Shown in pieces: positions 47,735-58,486 of a DNA stretch of 64,000 nucleotides. The DNA is from Alphaproteobacteria bacterium (GTDB lineage: Bacteria; Pseudomonadota; Alphaproteobacteria; Rickettsiales; SXRF01), in assembly GCA_020054105.1 (NCBI GenBank), contig JAGVLW010000053.1:4698-68697 (forward strand). The letters run 5' to 3'. The notes under the pieces were generated by a model, which had not been told where the DNA came from, ran no database searches, and saw only the letters and a program-made list of their open reading frames with translations. Position numbers and translations under genes: made by a program. Each line of letters opens with the position of its first letter. The first letter of the stretch is position 1.

Positions 47735-48689
47735 CCGTCGCGCGCAGCGGTCGGTCGCCGGTAACTTCCGGCGGTAGCTTGAAACGGGTATTTTCCGTGA
47801 CGGTTTGCAATTGCTCGGTGCGCGTCGGCCGCAACAGGCCGATCGCATGCACCACGCCCTGCACCAGATGTTCCGGCGCCGACGCGCCGGCGGTGATGCC
47901 CACCGACGCGATGCTGTCGAACCATTCGGGCCGCAGGCCGTCGGCATTGTCGATCAGGTAGGCGGTGACGCCGATTTCCTGGGCCAGGTCGCGCAGGCGG
48001 TTGGAATTCGAGCTGTTGGTAGAGCCGATGACCAACACTAGCTCTACATGTTTTGCCAGGTCACGCACGGCGTTCTGGCGGTTTTGCGTGGCGTAACAGA
48101 TGTCGCGCAATTCGGGGCCGACGATGGCGGGAAAGCGCGATTTCAGTGCGGCGATAATGTCTTTCGTGTCATCGACACTTAGCGTGGTTTGCGTCACATA
48201 GGCCAGTTGTTCGGGGTTTTCGACTGCGAGCTTTGCCACATCTTCCAGATTCTGCACCAAGAGCACGCCTTGCTTGACGCGGCCGCTGGTGCCTTCCACT
48301 TCCGGATGGCCTTCGTGACCGATCAGGACGATTTGCTTCCCTTCTTTTTCATAACGCTGCGCCTCGCGGTGTACTTTTGTCACGAGCGGGCAGGTGGCGT
48401 CGATTACCGGCAAGTCGCGCAGCCGCGCGGAATTCTCGATCTTCTCCGATATGCCGTGCGCGGAAAAAACGGTGATGGCGCCGTCGGGTATTTCATCCAC
48501 CTCGTTGACGAAGATCACGCCCTTGGCTTTCAGATCGCCCACCACCCATTTATTATGGACGATTTCATGGCGGACATAGACCGGCGCGCCGTACAGCGTC
48601 AGCGCCCGCTCGACGATCTCGATGGCGCGGTCGACGCCGGCGCAGAAGCCGCGCGGCTCGGCAAGCACGATGCGTAGTGGATTATTCAT
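47727..48689 (-). CDS. ispH: 4-hydroxy-3-methylbut-2-enyl diphosphate reductase
   Basis: LAEPRGFCAGVDRAIEIVERAL, VRHEIVHN and DATCPLVTKVH, containing the three conserved Cys residues. Confidence 0.95.
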   Translation of the reverse strand: MNNPLRIVLAEPRGFCAGVDRAIEIVERALTLYGAPVYVRHEIVHNKWVVGDLKAKGVIFVNEVDEIPDGAITVFSAHGISEKIENSARLRDLPVIDATCPLVTKVHREAQRYEKEGKQIVLIGHEGHPEVEGTSGRVKQGVLLVQNLEDVAKLAVENPEQLAYVTQTTLSVDDTKDIIAALKSRFPAIVGPELRDICYATQNRQNAVRDLAKHVELVLVIGSTNSSNSNRLRDLAQEIGVTAYLIDNADGLRPEWFDSIASVGITAGASAPEHLVQGVVHAIGLLRPTRTEQLQTVTENTRFKLPPEVTGDRPLRATAT

Positions 48690-49830
48690 GACGTTGCCAT
48701 TTCACCGATTGCATCTCGACCAGGCGCGAGACGGTACGGCCAAACTCGAAAGCGCCGTCGCCTTCGCCGTAAATCGCTTCCGGCGGCACTTCGGCGGTGC
48801 AGATGAGCTTTACCTTATGCTCGTAAAGCGCGTCAATCAGCGTGACGAAGCGTTTGGCTTCGTTGCGTTTCTCCGGCGGCAGCCTGGGAATGTCGGTAAG
48901 AATTACCGTGTCGAGCGCATGGGCAATGGCTAGGTAATCGGCCGGGCCTAGCGGGGTTGCGCATAGCTCGGCGAAGGTAAAGCGGCCGGTGGTAGGGGCG
49001 TAGGAGATATAATTTAGGATGCGGCCTTGTATCTCAAGCGTCGCCGGCTGCGGTTGCGCGTTTTGCAGATATTGCTGAATGAACCGGTCGGCTTGGGCGC
49101 CCAGTGGATAGAAATAGACCTGCGCCTGGCCGGCGGCTTGCTGCTGACGATAATCGCCGAGACTGTCCAGGGGAAGCACTTTCATATGCTCTTCGATCAA
49201 TCCAATGAATTTTGCGAAACGCTCGCGCTGCACGCCGCCGGTATAAAGCGAGATGGGCGGATGGTTGGAAGTGCTGACGATCACGACGCCGTCTTCGAAG
49301 AGATGATCGAACAGGCGGTAAAGCAAGGTGGCGTCGGCGACGTCGGTGGCCTGCAATTCGTCGAAACAGAGCAGGTCGGTTTCCTGCGCCAGCTGTTGCG
49401 CCAGCACGATCACCGGGTCGGCGCCGCTTTTATTTTGCCTGGGGTTCTGACGGAGCTGGTGGATGCGGCCATGCACCTCCTGCATGAAAGCATGAAAATG
49501 CACCCGCCGCTTTTTCTCCAGGGCGACATGGCCGAAGAATAAATCCATCAGCATGGATTTCCCGCGCCCGACCCCGCCCCAGATATACAGCGCTTTTTGC
49601 GGCTGCACGGACGCTTGCGGCTTTAAAAACCGCGTGAGCGCCCCGCCGGTCTCCGCCGCTCCGAGCTGTTCCAGCAATTGGTTAAGTTTCTGGAGAACCT
49701 GCCGCTGCGCCGGGTCGTCCTTGATATCGCCGCTTTTGGCCAGCGCGTCGTAGGCGGCAAAGAGAGAGGGCTGGTTCGGGCTATCGGCTTCTTGCTTTTT
49801 ATCGGGCATTCTTTTAGCTTCCAGGGGCAT
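48682..49830 (-). CDS. zapE: AFG1/ZapE-family ATPase
   Basis: Walker A IWGGVGRGKSMLMD and Walker B LLCFDELQATDVADA. 382 aa. Confidence 0.88.
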   Translation of the reverse strand: MPLEAKRMPDKKQEADSPNQPSLFAAYDALAKSGDIKDDPAQRQVLQKLNQLLEQLGAAETGGALTRFLKPQASVQPQKALYIWGGVGRGKSMLMDLFFGHVALEKKRRVHFHAFMQEVHGRIHQLRQNPRQNKSGADPVIVLAQQLAQETDLLCFDELQATDVADATLLYRLFDHLFEDGVVIVSTSNHPPISLYTGGVQRERFAKFIGLIEEHMKVLPLDSLGDYRQQQAAGQAQVYFYPLGAQADRFIQQYLQNAQPQPATLEIQGRILNYISYAPTTGRFTFAELCATPLGPADYLAIAHALDTVILTDIPRLPPEKRNEAKRFVTLIDALYEHKVKLICTAEVPPEAIYGEGDGAFEFGRTVSRLVEMQSVKWQRHE

Positions 49831-49859
49831 TGCAAACCTATAGCGTAGATTGTTTTTTC

Positions 49860-50702
49860 ATGCAATTCACCATCGCGCGCGACCTGACGACGCTTCAGCA
49901 AACCCTGGCCGGGGCCGCAGCACCCGGCCGGCGCATCGCGCTCGTGCCGACGATGGGCGCGCTTCATGCCGGGCATTTGACGCTGATAAAAGAAGCCAGG
50001 CAGCTTGCGGATGTGGTGGCGGTGAGCATTTTCGTCAACCCCACGCAGTTTGGGAAGAATGAGGATTTTTCCGCTTATCCCAGAATGTTAGAGCAGGATG
50101 TCCAACAGGCGCAAGAGGCCGGCGCCTCGCTGATTTACGCTCCCGATGCGCAAGATATGTATCCGCAGGGTTTTTCCACGACCCTGTCCGTCGGGCCGCT
50201 GGCGAACATATTATGCGGCAAATTCCGCCCCGGCCATTTCGACGGGGTGGCCACGGTCGTCGCCAAGCTGCTGCTGCGCGTTTTGCCGCATGTGGCGCTT
50301 TTCGGCGAGAAAGATTACCAGCAGCTCTGCGTTATCGGCAGGCTGATTGCCGATTTGGACATTCCCATCGAGATTTACGGCGTGCCCACCGTGCGCGAGC
50401 CTGACGGGCTGGCCATGTCGTCGCGCAATGCCTATCTGACGGCCGGCGAACGCGCCATCGCCCCGGCGCTCTATGACACGTTGCAGCATACTGCCCGCGC
50501 CATTGCCGGTGGCACAGCGCCGAAGAATGCGCTAGAAGAGGGCGTAGCCAAGCTGGTTGGCGCTGGTTTCAAAGTAGATTACCTGGAATTGCGCGCGGCC
50601 GATACGTTGGCCGAGATGAATATATTGACCAAGCCAGCCAGATTATTGGCCGCCGCCTGGCTGGGCAAAACACGGTTGATTGATAATATTGCGTTGGAGT
50701 GA
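49860..50702 (+). CDS. panC: pantoate--beta-alanine ligase
   Basis: ALVPTMGALHAGHLTLI (HIGH-type motif) and VSIFVNPTQFG. I prefer the ATG at 49860. Confidence 0.92.
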   Translation: MQFTIARDLTTLQQTLAGAAAPGRRIALVPTMGALHAGHLTLIKEARQLADVVAVSIFVNPTQFGKNEDFSAYPRMLEQDVQQAQEAGASLIYAPDAQDMYPQGFSTTLSVGPLANILCGKFRPGHFDGVATVVAKLLLRVLPHVALFGEKDYQQLCVIGRLIADLDIPIEIYGVPTVREPDGLAMSSRNAYLTAGERAIAPALYDTLQHTARAIAGGTAPKNALEEGVAKLVGAGFKVDYLELRAADTLAEMNILTKPARLLAAAWLGKTRLIDNIALE

Positions 50703-51313
50703 ATGTGAACGAACAGCAGATCATGGACGAATTCAAGGCGGCCGGGGCCATTTTATCGGGGCATTTTATTCTGTCGTCCGGGCTGCATAGCCCGACCTAC
50801 CTGCAATGCGCGCGCGTGCTGATGGATGCCAGCCGGGCCGACCGGCTCTGCAATGCGCTGGCCGGTAAGCTCAGGCAATGGATGAAAGAGTCCGCGCAGA
50901 CTATCGATTGTATTGTCGCGCCGGCGATGGGCGGCGTTGTCGTCGGTTATGAAATGGGCCGGCAGCTTATGCTGCCTTCGATGTTTTGCGAGCGAGTGGA
51001 CGGCGCGTTCGAACTGCGCCGCGGCTTCGATATTGCGCCCGGTCACAAGGTGCTTATCGTCGAAGACGTGGTAACCACCGGAAAATCGTCGATGGAAGCG
51101 GTGGAATGCGTGCGCAAACTGGGTGGCATGCCGGTGGCGGTGGCCAGCCTGGTCGATCGCCGCGGCAGCAACGATACCAGCCTGGCGCTGCCCTTGATTG
51201 CGCTTTTGAAGCTCGACGTGCCGGCCTATAAGCCCGACGCGCTGCCGCCGGAATTGCAGGCGATCCCGGCCATCAAGCCCGGCAGCCGCTTCTTGAACCA
51301 GAAGGCGTCGTGA
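50699..51313 (+). CDS. pyrE: orotate phosphoribosyltransferase
   Basis: GHFILSSGLHSPTYLQC and the PRPP-binding loop VLIVEDVVTTGKS. The GTG start overlaps the panC stop; an alternative ATG is at 50723. Confidence 0.9.
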   Translation: MNVNEQQIMDEFKAAGAILSGHFILSSGLHSPTYLQCARVLMDASRADRLCNALAGKLRQWMKESAQTIDCIVAPAMGGVVVGYEMGRQLMLPSMFCERVDGAFELRRGFDIAPGHKVLIVEDVVTTGKSSMEAVECVRKLGGMPVAVASLVDRRGSNDTSLALPLIALLKLDVPAYKPDALPPELQAIPAIKPGSRFLNQKAS

Positions 51314-52029
51314 GCGCCCGCCCGTGCATCTTGATTACCGGCGGCGCCCGCAGGGTAGGGGCGGCGCTATGTCTATATTTTGCCAAAAACGGCTATGACA
51401 TTGCGCTGCATTACCGCCAGTCCAAGGAAGAGGCGGCAGCAGTGAAACAGCAGGTCGAGGCGTTGGGCGCGGCGTGCGAGCTATTTGCCTGCGACCTGGC
51501 CGATACGGTGGCCCTGCCGGGGCTTATGTCGAATGTGGTGCGTCGGTTCGGCCGCTGCGACGTGCTGGTCAATAACGCCTCGGTGTTCGAGCGCGCGGAG
51601 TTTTTAGAAACCGACGAGGCATTGTTCGACCGTCAAATGAATATCAATTTCAAAGCGCCGTTTTTCCTTACCCAGGCCTTTGCCAAGCAGTGCAAAAACG
51701 GCGTGGTGATTAATCTGCTCGATACCGATATTGCGCAAATAGGCGGCAGCCATTTCATCTATCTGCTTTCCAAGAAAGCGCTAGCGGAATGCACGGTCAT
51801 GGCGGCGAGGCAGTTGGGGCCGGAAATAAGAGTGAATGGCGTATGCCCGGGATATGTGCTGCCTCATAGCGCCTCTGATGCGGCTTATATTAAAGAAGTA
51901 GAAAAAACACTACCTCTAAAAGAGCACGCCACTGTGGATGAGATCACCGAAGCAGTGTTCTGGCTATGTCAGCAAAAACATATCACCGGGCAAATTATAT
52001 ATATTGATGGCGGTCAGCATGTCTCTTAA
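51310..52029 (+). CDS. short-chain dehydrogenase/reductase (pteridine-reductase-like)
   Basis: ILITGGARRVGAAL (TGxxxxxG), NNAS, and Y-x3-K (YLLSKKAL). Confidence 0.8.
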   Translation: MSARPCILITGGARRVGAALCLYFAKNGYDIALHYRQSKEEAAAVKQQVEALGAACELFACDLADTVALPGLMSNVVRRFGRCDVLVNNASVFERAEFLETDEALFDRQMNINFKAPFFLTQAFAKQCKNGVVINLLDTDIAQIGGSHFIYLLSKKALAECTVMAARQLGPEIRVNGVCPGYVLPHSASDAAYIKEVEKTLPLKEHATVDEITEAVFWLCQQKHITGQIIYIDGGQHVS

Positions 52030-52405
52030 ACAAAAATGGCGTTTTAACATTAAAAAATTAGAAACGCGCATGCGCGTAGGATGCAACCCGAAGGAACGCG
52101 AGCCACAACGAATTTATGTGAATGCGATTATGGAAGGTGAGTATGTTCTTGAACCGCAATCCCTCGATGAGTGCATCAATTATGACATAATCCATCACCT
52201 GGTGACGCGCGAATGGCCTAAGCTTCCGCATACCATTCTGCTTGAGACGCGCATCAACGAGCTTCTAGAGTATATATTCCGCACGGACGATCGCATTACC
52301 TATGCCAAAGTATCCCTCGAAAAACCCGATATTTTTCCAGAGATGGAATCGGTCGGCATCGAAGCCGAGTGGACGCGCGAGGATTTTATCCGTTATCAGG
52401 GATGA
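52019..52405 (+). CDS. dihydroneopterin aldolase-family (FolB-like) protein
   Basis: ATG at 52019. LETRMRVGCNPKEREPQRIYVNAIMEG...INYDII...LLETRINELLEYIF follows the FolB/tunnel-fold pattern. Adjacent to the pteridine-reductase-like SDR. Confidence 0.65.
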   Translation: MSLKQKWRFNIKKLETRMRVGCNPKEREPQRIYVNAIMEGEYVLEPQSLDECINYDIIHHLVTREWPKLPHTILLETRINELLEYIFRTDDRITYAKVSLEKPDIFPEMESVGIEAEWTREDFIRYQG

Positions 52406-52507
52406 GTGGAATAATGACTGGATCCCCGGCTTCCCGCTGCGCCAGCGCTAGCGCGGCGAGTCGCCCGGATGACGGGAATCTAAGCGGCGAAGCCGCTAAG
52501 AAAATTG

Positions 52508-53020
52508 TCACTTTGGGCCGACGGCCATGACGATCTGCTTGCCTTCCATGCGCGGGGCCTGCTCGATCTTACAATTATCCTTCAGGAACTCCTGCACGCG
52601 GTCGAGCACCTGGAAGCCGATATCCTGATGGTCCATCTCGCGGCCGCGGAAACGCAGCGTGATGCGCACCTTGTCGCCATCCTCGAGAAATTCGAGCACA
52701 TGCTTCATTTTGATTTCGAGGTCGTGCTTGTCGATGGTCGGGCGCAGCTTGATTTCCTTGATCTGGATGACCTTCTGCTTGCGGCGCGCCTCGTGTGCTT
52801 TTTTCTGCGCTTCGTAGCGGTATTTGCCGTAATCGAGGATTTTGCACACGGGGGGCGCAGCGCCGGGGGAAATCTCCACCAGGTCGGGCTCTGCCTGTTC
52901 TGCTAGTCTCAGGCCCTCTGCGATGGCGACTACGCCCAGCATGTTGCCGTTTTGGTCGACGAGACGGATGGTGGGGGAATTGATTTCGCGATTGATACGC
53001 GGTTCGTCGCTTCTGCTCAT
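52508..53020 (-). CDS. infC: translation initiation factor IF-3
   Basis: INREINSPTIRLVDQNGNMLGV...LVEISPGAAPPVCKILDYGKYRYE...IKLRPTIDKHDLEIK. Confidence 0.93.
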   Translation of the reverse strand: MSRSDEPRINREINSPTIRLVDQNGNMLGVVAIAEGLRLAEQAEPDLVEISPGAAPPVCKILDYGKYRYEAQKKAHEARRKQKVIQIKEIKLRPTIDKHDLEIKMKHVLEFLEDGDKVRITLRFRGREMDHQDIGFQVLDRVQEFLKDNCKIEQAPRMEGKQIVMAVGPK

Positions 53021-53195
53021 AAACGAGCGGTTCCTTGCAGTGTCAAACAGGCCTCCAAATAAGGTTATCGAAAAAATAATAGTAACACCAAAACCTTAAC
53101 AAAGGCTTGGCGGTCATCCTCTATGGCCGAAAACAGGAGGAAAATCAAGCGGGAAATGCCGGCTTCCCGAAGCGGGATAAACGCGAAAATACCGC

Positions 53196-55109
53196 CTAAA
53201 CCGGCATTCTGGCTTCGTCAGCCAGTGTTTTGAGCGCCTCGTCGAACACCATGGATTGCTGCTGTTCGCTGCCTAAACGGCGGATAGAGACGGTGTTTTG
53301 TTCCGCTTCCTTGCCACCGACGACGAACATCACCGGGATTTTATGCATCGAATGGTCGCGCACCTTGTAGTTGATCTTTTCGTTGCGCAGGTCGAGCTGC
53401 GAGCGGATGCCGGCGGCGCGCAGGCGCTCATGCAGCGATTTGGCGTAGCCGTCGGCGGTTTCGGTGATGGTGGCAATGACTACCTGCACGGGCGCCAGCC
53501 AGAGCGGGAATTTACCGGCATATTCTTCGATGAGGATACCGATGAAGCGCTCCAACGAACCCAAGATGGCGCGGTGGAGCATGACCGGGCGGTGCTTGGC
53601 CCCGTCAGCGCCGATATATTCCGCATCGAGCCGCTCGGGCAATACGAAGTCTACTTGTAATGTGCCGCACTGCCAGTCGCGGCCGATGGCGTCGCGCAGC
53701 ACGAATTCCAGCTTCGGACCGTAAAACGCGCCTTCACCGGGGTTGAGCGTCCATGCCATGCCGGCGGCGTTGACCGCATCTTTGAGCGCAGTTTCGGCCT
53801 TATCCCAGGTGGCATCGCTTCCGGCGCGGGTAGGGGGACGGTCGGAGAATTTGACGGCGATGTCGGTGAAGCCGAACGCCTTATAGACGTCTTTGAGCAG
53901 ATCGCAGAAGGCCACCGTTTCGGAGGTAATCTGGTCTTCGGTGCAGAAAATATGCGCGTCGTCCTGCACGAAGCCGCGGATGCGCATGATGCCGTGCAGG
54001 CTGCCTGACGGCTCGTTGCGGTGGCAGGAGCCAAACTCAGCCATGCGCAGCGGCAGGTCGCGGTAGCTTTTCATGCCCTGCTTAAAAATCTGTACATGGC
54101 AGGGGCAGTTCATCGGCTTGACGCAGAGATGCTTGTCCTCATCGGTCAACGCGACGAACATGTTCTGACGGAATTTCTCCCAATGGCCGGATTGCTCCCA
54201 TAGCGTGCGGTCGACCAGCGTCGGCGTTTTGACCTCGACATAACCCTTGGCGCTGATTTTGCGGCGCACGAATTCCTCCAGCGCGCGATAGAGCGTCCAG
54301 CCTTTCTCGTGCCAGAAGATCATGCCGGGCGTGTGTTCCTCGATATGGAATAAATCGAGCTCCTTGCCGAGCTTGCGATGGTCGCGCTTGTCGGCTTCTT
54401 CCAGCTGCGTGAGATAATTTTTTAGATCCTTGTCGCTGGCCCAGGCCGTGCCGTAAATGCGTTGCAGCATTTCGTTGCGGTGGTCGCCGCGCCAGTAGGC
54501 GCCGGCGACTTTCATCAGCTTGAAGGCGGTGCCGACCTTGCCTGTGGAAGGCGCGTGCGGGCCGCGGCAGAGGTCGATAAATTCGCCCTGGCGGTAGAGC
54601 GAAATATCCTGCTCGGCGGGAATGGCCGAGATGATTTCTGCTTTGTATTTTTCGCCGATGCTTTGGAAGAATTTGACGGCGTCGTCGCGTTTCCAAACTT
54701 CGCGGCGGATTTGCTCGTTGCGCGCGACGATGTCTTTCATGCGCAGTTCGATGGCTTCCAGATCGTTGCTGGAAAAAGGCGTGGCGCGCGAGAAATCGTA
54801 ATAAAACCCGTTTTCAATCGCGGGGCCGATGGTCACCTGCGTTTCGGGGAATAATTCTTTTACCGCCTCGGCGAGCAGATGCGCGCTGTCATGGCGGATG
54901 AGCTCCAGCCCGTCGGCGTCTTTGCCGGTGATGATTTGGATGCTGGCATCATTGGCAATGGGGACGTAAAGATCAAGCAATTGGCCGTCCACGCGAATGG
55001 CCAGCGCAGCTTTGGCAAGGCCGGCGCCGATACTGGCGGCGATTTCCTCGCCGGTGACCGGACCGGGAAATTCTTTTTTATTGCCGTCGGGCAGGGTGAT
55101 AACAGGCAT
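53196..55109 (-). CDS. thrS: threonine--tRNA ligase
   Basis: ATG at 55109 (AAGGA RBS) gives [14 protein letters not shown], the TGS domain. Class II motifs [22 protein letters not shown] and [10 protein letters not shown] follow, then an anticodon-binding C-terminus. Confidence 0.96.
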   Translation of the reverse strand: MPVITLPDGNKKEFPGPVTGEEIAASIGAGLAKAALAIRVDGQLLDLYVPIANDASIQIITGKDADGLELIRHDSAHLLAEAVKELFPETQVTIGPAIENGFYYDFSRATPFSSNDLEAIELRMKDIVARNEQIRREVWKRDDAVKFFQSIGEKYKAEIISAIPAEQDISLYRQGEFIDLCRGPHAPSTGKVGTAFKLMKVAGAYWRGDHRNEMLQRIYGTAWASDKDLKNYLTQLEEADKRDHRKLGKELDLFHIEEHTPGMIFWHEKGWTLYRALEEFVRRKISAKGYVEVKTPTLVDRTLWEQSGHWEKFRQNMFVALTDEDKHLCVKPMNCPCHVQIFKQGMKSYRDLPLRMAEFGSCHRNEPSGSLHGIMRIRGFVQDDAHIFCTEDQITSETVAFCDLLKDVYKAFGFTDIAVKFSDRPPTRAGSDATWDKAETALKDAVNAAGMAWTLNPGEGAFYGPKLEFVLRDAIGRDWQCGTLQVDFVLPERLDAEYIGADGAKHRPVMLHRAILGSLERFIGILIEEYAGKFPLWLAPVQVVIATITETADGYAKSLHERLRAAGIRSQLDLRNEKINYKVRDHSMHKIPVMFVVGGKEAEQNTVSIRRLGSEQQQSMVFDEALKTLADEARMPV

Positions 55110-55193
55110 GTTTATTCCTTGCGATACAGAGGAATAGAGGATTAGTGGCTTTGCGGCGAATGTCAATTGCCATCTTGTTCAAGTGGAAAGGCT

Positions 55194-56072
55194 ATGTTAA
55201 CAGAGCGTATGAAACAGCAAATACAGACTATTTCCCCGCCGGACGACGACGAATTAAAGCGCATTATTCACACCGCGCTGGCGGAAGATGTGGGGAACGG
55301 GGATATTACTTCGCAACTGCTTGTACCCGCCGATTTGCAGGCGCGGATGCATTTTATCGCTAAACAAGAGTTGGTCGTATGCGGCGGGTTTATCCCCCAG
55401 GCGGTATTTGCGGCGATGGGGCAGGCGGTGGCAGTTGAGGTGAGAATGCCGGAGGCAAGCCGCACCCGGCCCGGCGACGTTATCGCGATTGCCAATGGCC
55501 CTGCGCGCGCGCTGCTTGGCGCCGAACGCGTAACGCTCAATTTGATGCAGCGCATGAGCGGCGTAGCGACGCTTACGCATCGCTTTGTCGAAGCCGTGGC
55601 AGGCACGAAAGCCAAAATTCTCGATACGCGCAAAACCATGCCGGGATTGCGGGCTTTGGATAAATACGCCGTACGCGTAGGCGGCGGGCAGAACCACCGG
55701 ATGCGCCTCGATGACATGGTGCTGATTAAAGATAACCACATTGCCTTGTGCGGGGGCATTGCGATGGCGGTGGAAAAAGCGCGCAAAGGCTCCGGGCTGC
55801 AAGTGGTCGTGGAATGCGATACGCTGGAACAGGTCGTGCAGGCGCTGGCCGCTAAGCCGGATCGGATATTGCTCGACAACATGACAATCGCGCAATTGCA
55901 GTCGGCGGTGAAGTTGAACGATGGGAAGATTCCGCTGGAAGCGTCAGGCGGCGTGTCGTTTGAGACGATTCGCGCGATTGCCGAAACGGGAGTGGATTAC
56001 ATCTCGGTGGGAAGCATTACGCATTCCGCGCCGGCCGCGGATATAAGCGGCGACATCAAAACCCGGTCTTGA
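55194..56072 (+). CDS. nadC: nicotinate-nucleotide pyrophosphorylase (carboxylating)
   Basis: ALAEDVGNGDITS, ERVTLNLMQRMSGVAT, ILDTRKTMPGLR and LDNM...EASGG motifs. I prefer the ATG at 55194 (GGAAAGG RBS). Confidence 0.92.
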   Translation: MLTERMKQQIQTISPPDDDELKRIIHTALAEDVGNGDITSQLLVPADLQARMHFIAKQELVVCGGFIPQAVFAAMGQAVAVEVRMPEASRTRPGDVIAIANGPARALLGAERVTLNLMQRMSGVATLTHRFVEAVAGTKAKILDTRKTMPGLRALDKYAVRVGGGQNHRMRLDDMVLIKDNHIALCGGIAMAVEKARKGSGLQVVVECDTLEQVVQALAAKPDRILLDNMTIAQLQSAVKLNDGKIPLEASGGVSFETIRAIAETGVDYISVGSITHSAPAADISGDIKTRS

Positions 56073-56820
56073 AAACCAAAGCGCATTTAAACCCGGCCGC
56101 CGACAGCGTCGCATATTGGCTGCTAATCACGCAGGTTGCGTCGTTTTGCGCAACGACGCGGCCGGCTATGGGAGAACCGTCATCGAGTTTCTGGTCGATT
56201 TGCAAAGCTTCCGTTGGCGTCAGGACGCCATTTTGTTTATTGGAGTTACTTGCAGTGCCAACGCCGCCAAACCACAATACATGCTTAAACGGCGTATCGT
56301 TGGTGGTGGCGAAAGCGTCCGTGGCCGCTGCGGCTTGCGTCACATAAGCAATCGCCCAGCCCGCACCCGATAATTTGGATTCGGGGAGGTTCACGCCGGG
56401 CCGGCGTGTATAAGTAGCGGTTTTCAACCCATTGACGACGACGGCCAGCAGCTTGGCATTGACCAGGTGCTGCCAGGCGCGAAACTGCTCGAAATCGTTG
56501 GTTGCCGTGACGGGGTCGATCAGGCCATTGGCATCGCCGTCACAAGTAGCTTCCGGGGTTGATCCTGTTGTCGAGGCGCAGGCACCGCTAACGACGTCCC
56601 ATAGCACCGTCGCGCCATTGAAGTCGCCGGGCAGCGCCAGGTATTTATCGCGAAAGCCGCTTGCGGCCTGGTTATATTGCTGCTGTTCCGTGGCGATGGC
56701 GTGCAGCTCGGAATTGCGAATCAACCCATCTCCAAGCAGAATCCCGCCGATGATCAGGGCGATAATGGTCATGACTATCGAAAGCTCGAGCAACGTGAAA
56801 CCGCGTTTTTTACGAATCAT
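56056..56820 (-). CDS. prepilin-type N-terminal cleavage/methylation protein, paralogue 1
   Basis: MIRKKRG|FTLLELSIVMTIIALIIGG. Shares the family motifs FRDKYLALPGDF, CDGDANGLID, IDQKLDDGSP and a C-terminal aromatic GF. Confidence 0.75.
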   Translation of the reverse strand: MIRKKRGFTLLELSIVMTIIALIIGGILLGDGLIRNSELHAIATEQQQYNQAASGFRDKYLALPGDFNGATVLWDVVSGACASTTGSTPEATCDGDANGLIDPVTATNDFEQFRAWQHLVNAKLLAVVVNGLKTATYTRRPGVNLPESKLSGAGWAIAYVTQAAAATDAFATTNDTPFKHVLWFGGVGTASNSNKQNGVLTPTEALQIDQKLDDGSPIAGRVVAQNDATCVISSQYATLSAAGFKCALVFKTGF

Positions 56821-56821
56821 C

Positions 56822-57637
56822 TTAGAACCCCGGTATAAAAAATGGCGCGCAAGCCGTCAACGACGTTGTGGTGTTATTATAGACGGCGGTCGTTTGCGAG
56901 CTATCGGTCATGGTGCAATTCGCATAGACAGCCGTTCTTCTGGAGCGCATTTTTCCCGTTCCCGGCATGCCGTCGTCGATTTTGGCGTCGGTGGTTTGCG
57001 TGTCGTTAGGCGTTAGAATGGCGGCGGAGGTATAGCTATTTGTGCTGTTACCGCCGAAAGTCATGATATGCCCGTAATTATCGCCCCATAAATTCACATC
57101 GGTGGCAATTTGCAAATAGTAGAGAACCGTCCAGCCGCCCGGCGATAATTTCGATGCGGGCACGTTGCTGCCGACTACGGCGTCGCTGGTGCCGCCGGCC
57201 CCATAGGTTCCGGTATAGCGGCCATTTGCGAAGCCGGCGAATGTCAGGTGCTGCCACACCAAAAACCATTCCGAAGCTGCCGACAAAACGCCGGCGGTAG
57301 TGCTGGCGCCGATCCTGCCGTTGCCGTCGCCATTGCAGGTGGCCGTGGTTGAACCGACGCTGTCGGCATAAGGGCAGGTTGCAGCTCCCCAATTGGCTTC
57401 AGCGGAAGAGTAGTCGCCCGGCAGTGCCTGATATTTATCCTGAAATTCCCTTATAGCCTTTACCTGACTGTCATATTCACTGATCATGGCGCGAATTTCT
57501 GAATCGCGTATCAAGTTTTTGCCTATCAATATGCCGCCGACGATGAGCGCAATAATGCCAAGCACGATGGACATTTCCAATAGCGTAAAGCCATGACGCA
57601 TAATTTTCTTCGAGTGGGCTGTTATATGCATGATCAC
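56822..57637 (-). CDS. prepilin-type protein, paralogue 2
   Basis: ...MRHG|FTLLEMSIVLGIIALIVGG, then FQDKYQALPGDY, CNGDGNGRIG and DAKIDDGMPGTG. The start is ambiguous (GTG 57637, ATG 57631 or ATG 57601). Confidence 0.75.
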   Translation of the reverse strand: MIMHITAHSKKIMRHGFTLLEMSIVLGIIALIVGGILIGKNLIRDSEIRAMISEYDSQVKAIREFQDKYQALPGDYSSAEANWGAATCPYADSVGSTTATCNGDGNGRIGASTTAGVLSAASEWFLVWQHLTFAGFANGRYTGTYGAGGTSDAVVGSNVPASKLSPGGWTVLYYLQIATDVNLWGDNYGHIMTFGGNSTNSYTSAAILTPNDTQTTDAKIDDGMPGTGKMRSRRTAVYANCTMTDSSQTTAVYNNTTTSLTACAPFFIPGF

Positions 57638-58441
57638 TTAAAAAAATCCGGTGAGATAATATTGAAAACATACGCGGTCGCTGCGGCTGGTATCGTAAGT
57701 GGCGGTAAGAGCGTCATCCGTAGTTGGGCAAAGGCGTGCGACCTGCCCACCGTTTACGTTGATGATGGGGGTAATCAATATGCCTGTCCCCGGCAAGGCA
57801 TCGTCGATTTTTTGATCGATGGACAGCGCATCGGTAGGCGTGAATATGGGGGCAGTGGCGGCAGTAGCTCTGGTAACGGCTCCCCCTAAGGTTATGAGCA
57901 CGCCGTTTTTACTGGCGAAATAATTGGCGCTGGCCGCGGCGGGCGGTGCAGAATAGATGCTGTATATTCCGCCGACGCGCCTGTTGGTGGCGCGGCCGAA
58001 GGATCCGGTATCATAGGTCATACCCATAATGGTTCCCCCCTCGATAAGCCCGGCATTCATAAGATGTTTGAAAACGAGGTGGGACTCCGCGAAATTACTC
58101 AGCACAGAAATGAAATCGTCGGCAGGGGCATTGATGATTTTACCGTTGCCATTACCGTTACAAGTATTAGTAGTGGGGGTATAGTTAACATCGTCAAATG
58201 TACAATCCAGATAGGTACCCCAGACGGTCGTCGCGGTGGGAAAATCACCGGGATAATATTTGTATTTGTCGCGAAATATTTTGATGGCGTTCTGATAGCG
58301 GGTGTAATCGGTGACTACCGATTGCAGCTCCGCCGAATGCAGCACCGATTTTCCAACGAAAATCGCCCCGATGATCAGCGCAATAATCACCAGGACGAAG
58401 GACATTTCTATCAGTGTGAAGCCGGATTTCTTGTGTGACAT
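57638..58441 (-). CDS. prepilin-type protein, paralogue 3
   Basis: MSHKKSG|FTLIEMSFVLVIIALIIGA, then FRDKYKYYPGDF, CNGNGNGKII and DQKIDDALPGTG. Confidence 0.75.
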   Translation of the reverse strand: MSHKKSGFTLIEMSFVLVIIALIIGAIFVGKSVLHSAELQSVVTDYTRYQNAIKIFRDKYKYYPGDFPTATTVWGTYLDCTFDDVNYTPTTNTCNGNGNGKIINAPADDFISVLSNFAESHLVFKHLMNAGLIEGGTIMGMTYDTGSFGRATNRRVGGIYSIYSAPPAAASANYFASKNGVLITLGGAVTRATAATAPIFTPTDALSIDQKIDDALPGTGILITPIINVNGGQVARLCPTTDDALTATYDTSRSDRVCFQYYLTGFF

Positions 58442-58486
58442 AAGGCTTATTATACATACAATATACGCATTGCCAAAACAGAATTA

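Noticed and set aside
52406-52507. Hairpins (TAAGCGGC-GAA-GCCGCTTA and a CGCCAGCGCTAGCGCGGCG region) between the convergent folB-like gene and infC, as a bidirectional terminator
   Set aside because: There is no U-tract on either strand. It looks more like another GGATGAC-type palindromic repeat, and the evidence is insufficient for a terminator call.
53018-53020. infC apparently starts with ATG rather than the atypical AUU known from E. coli autoregulation
   Set aside because: Start-codon usage of infC varies between lineages, and I cannot exclude an upstream non-canonical start. It is not strong enough to call as a finding.
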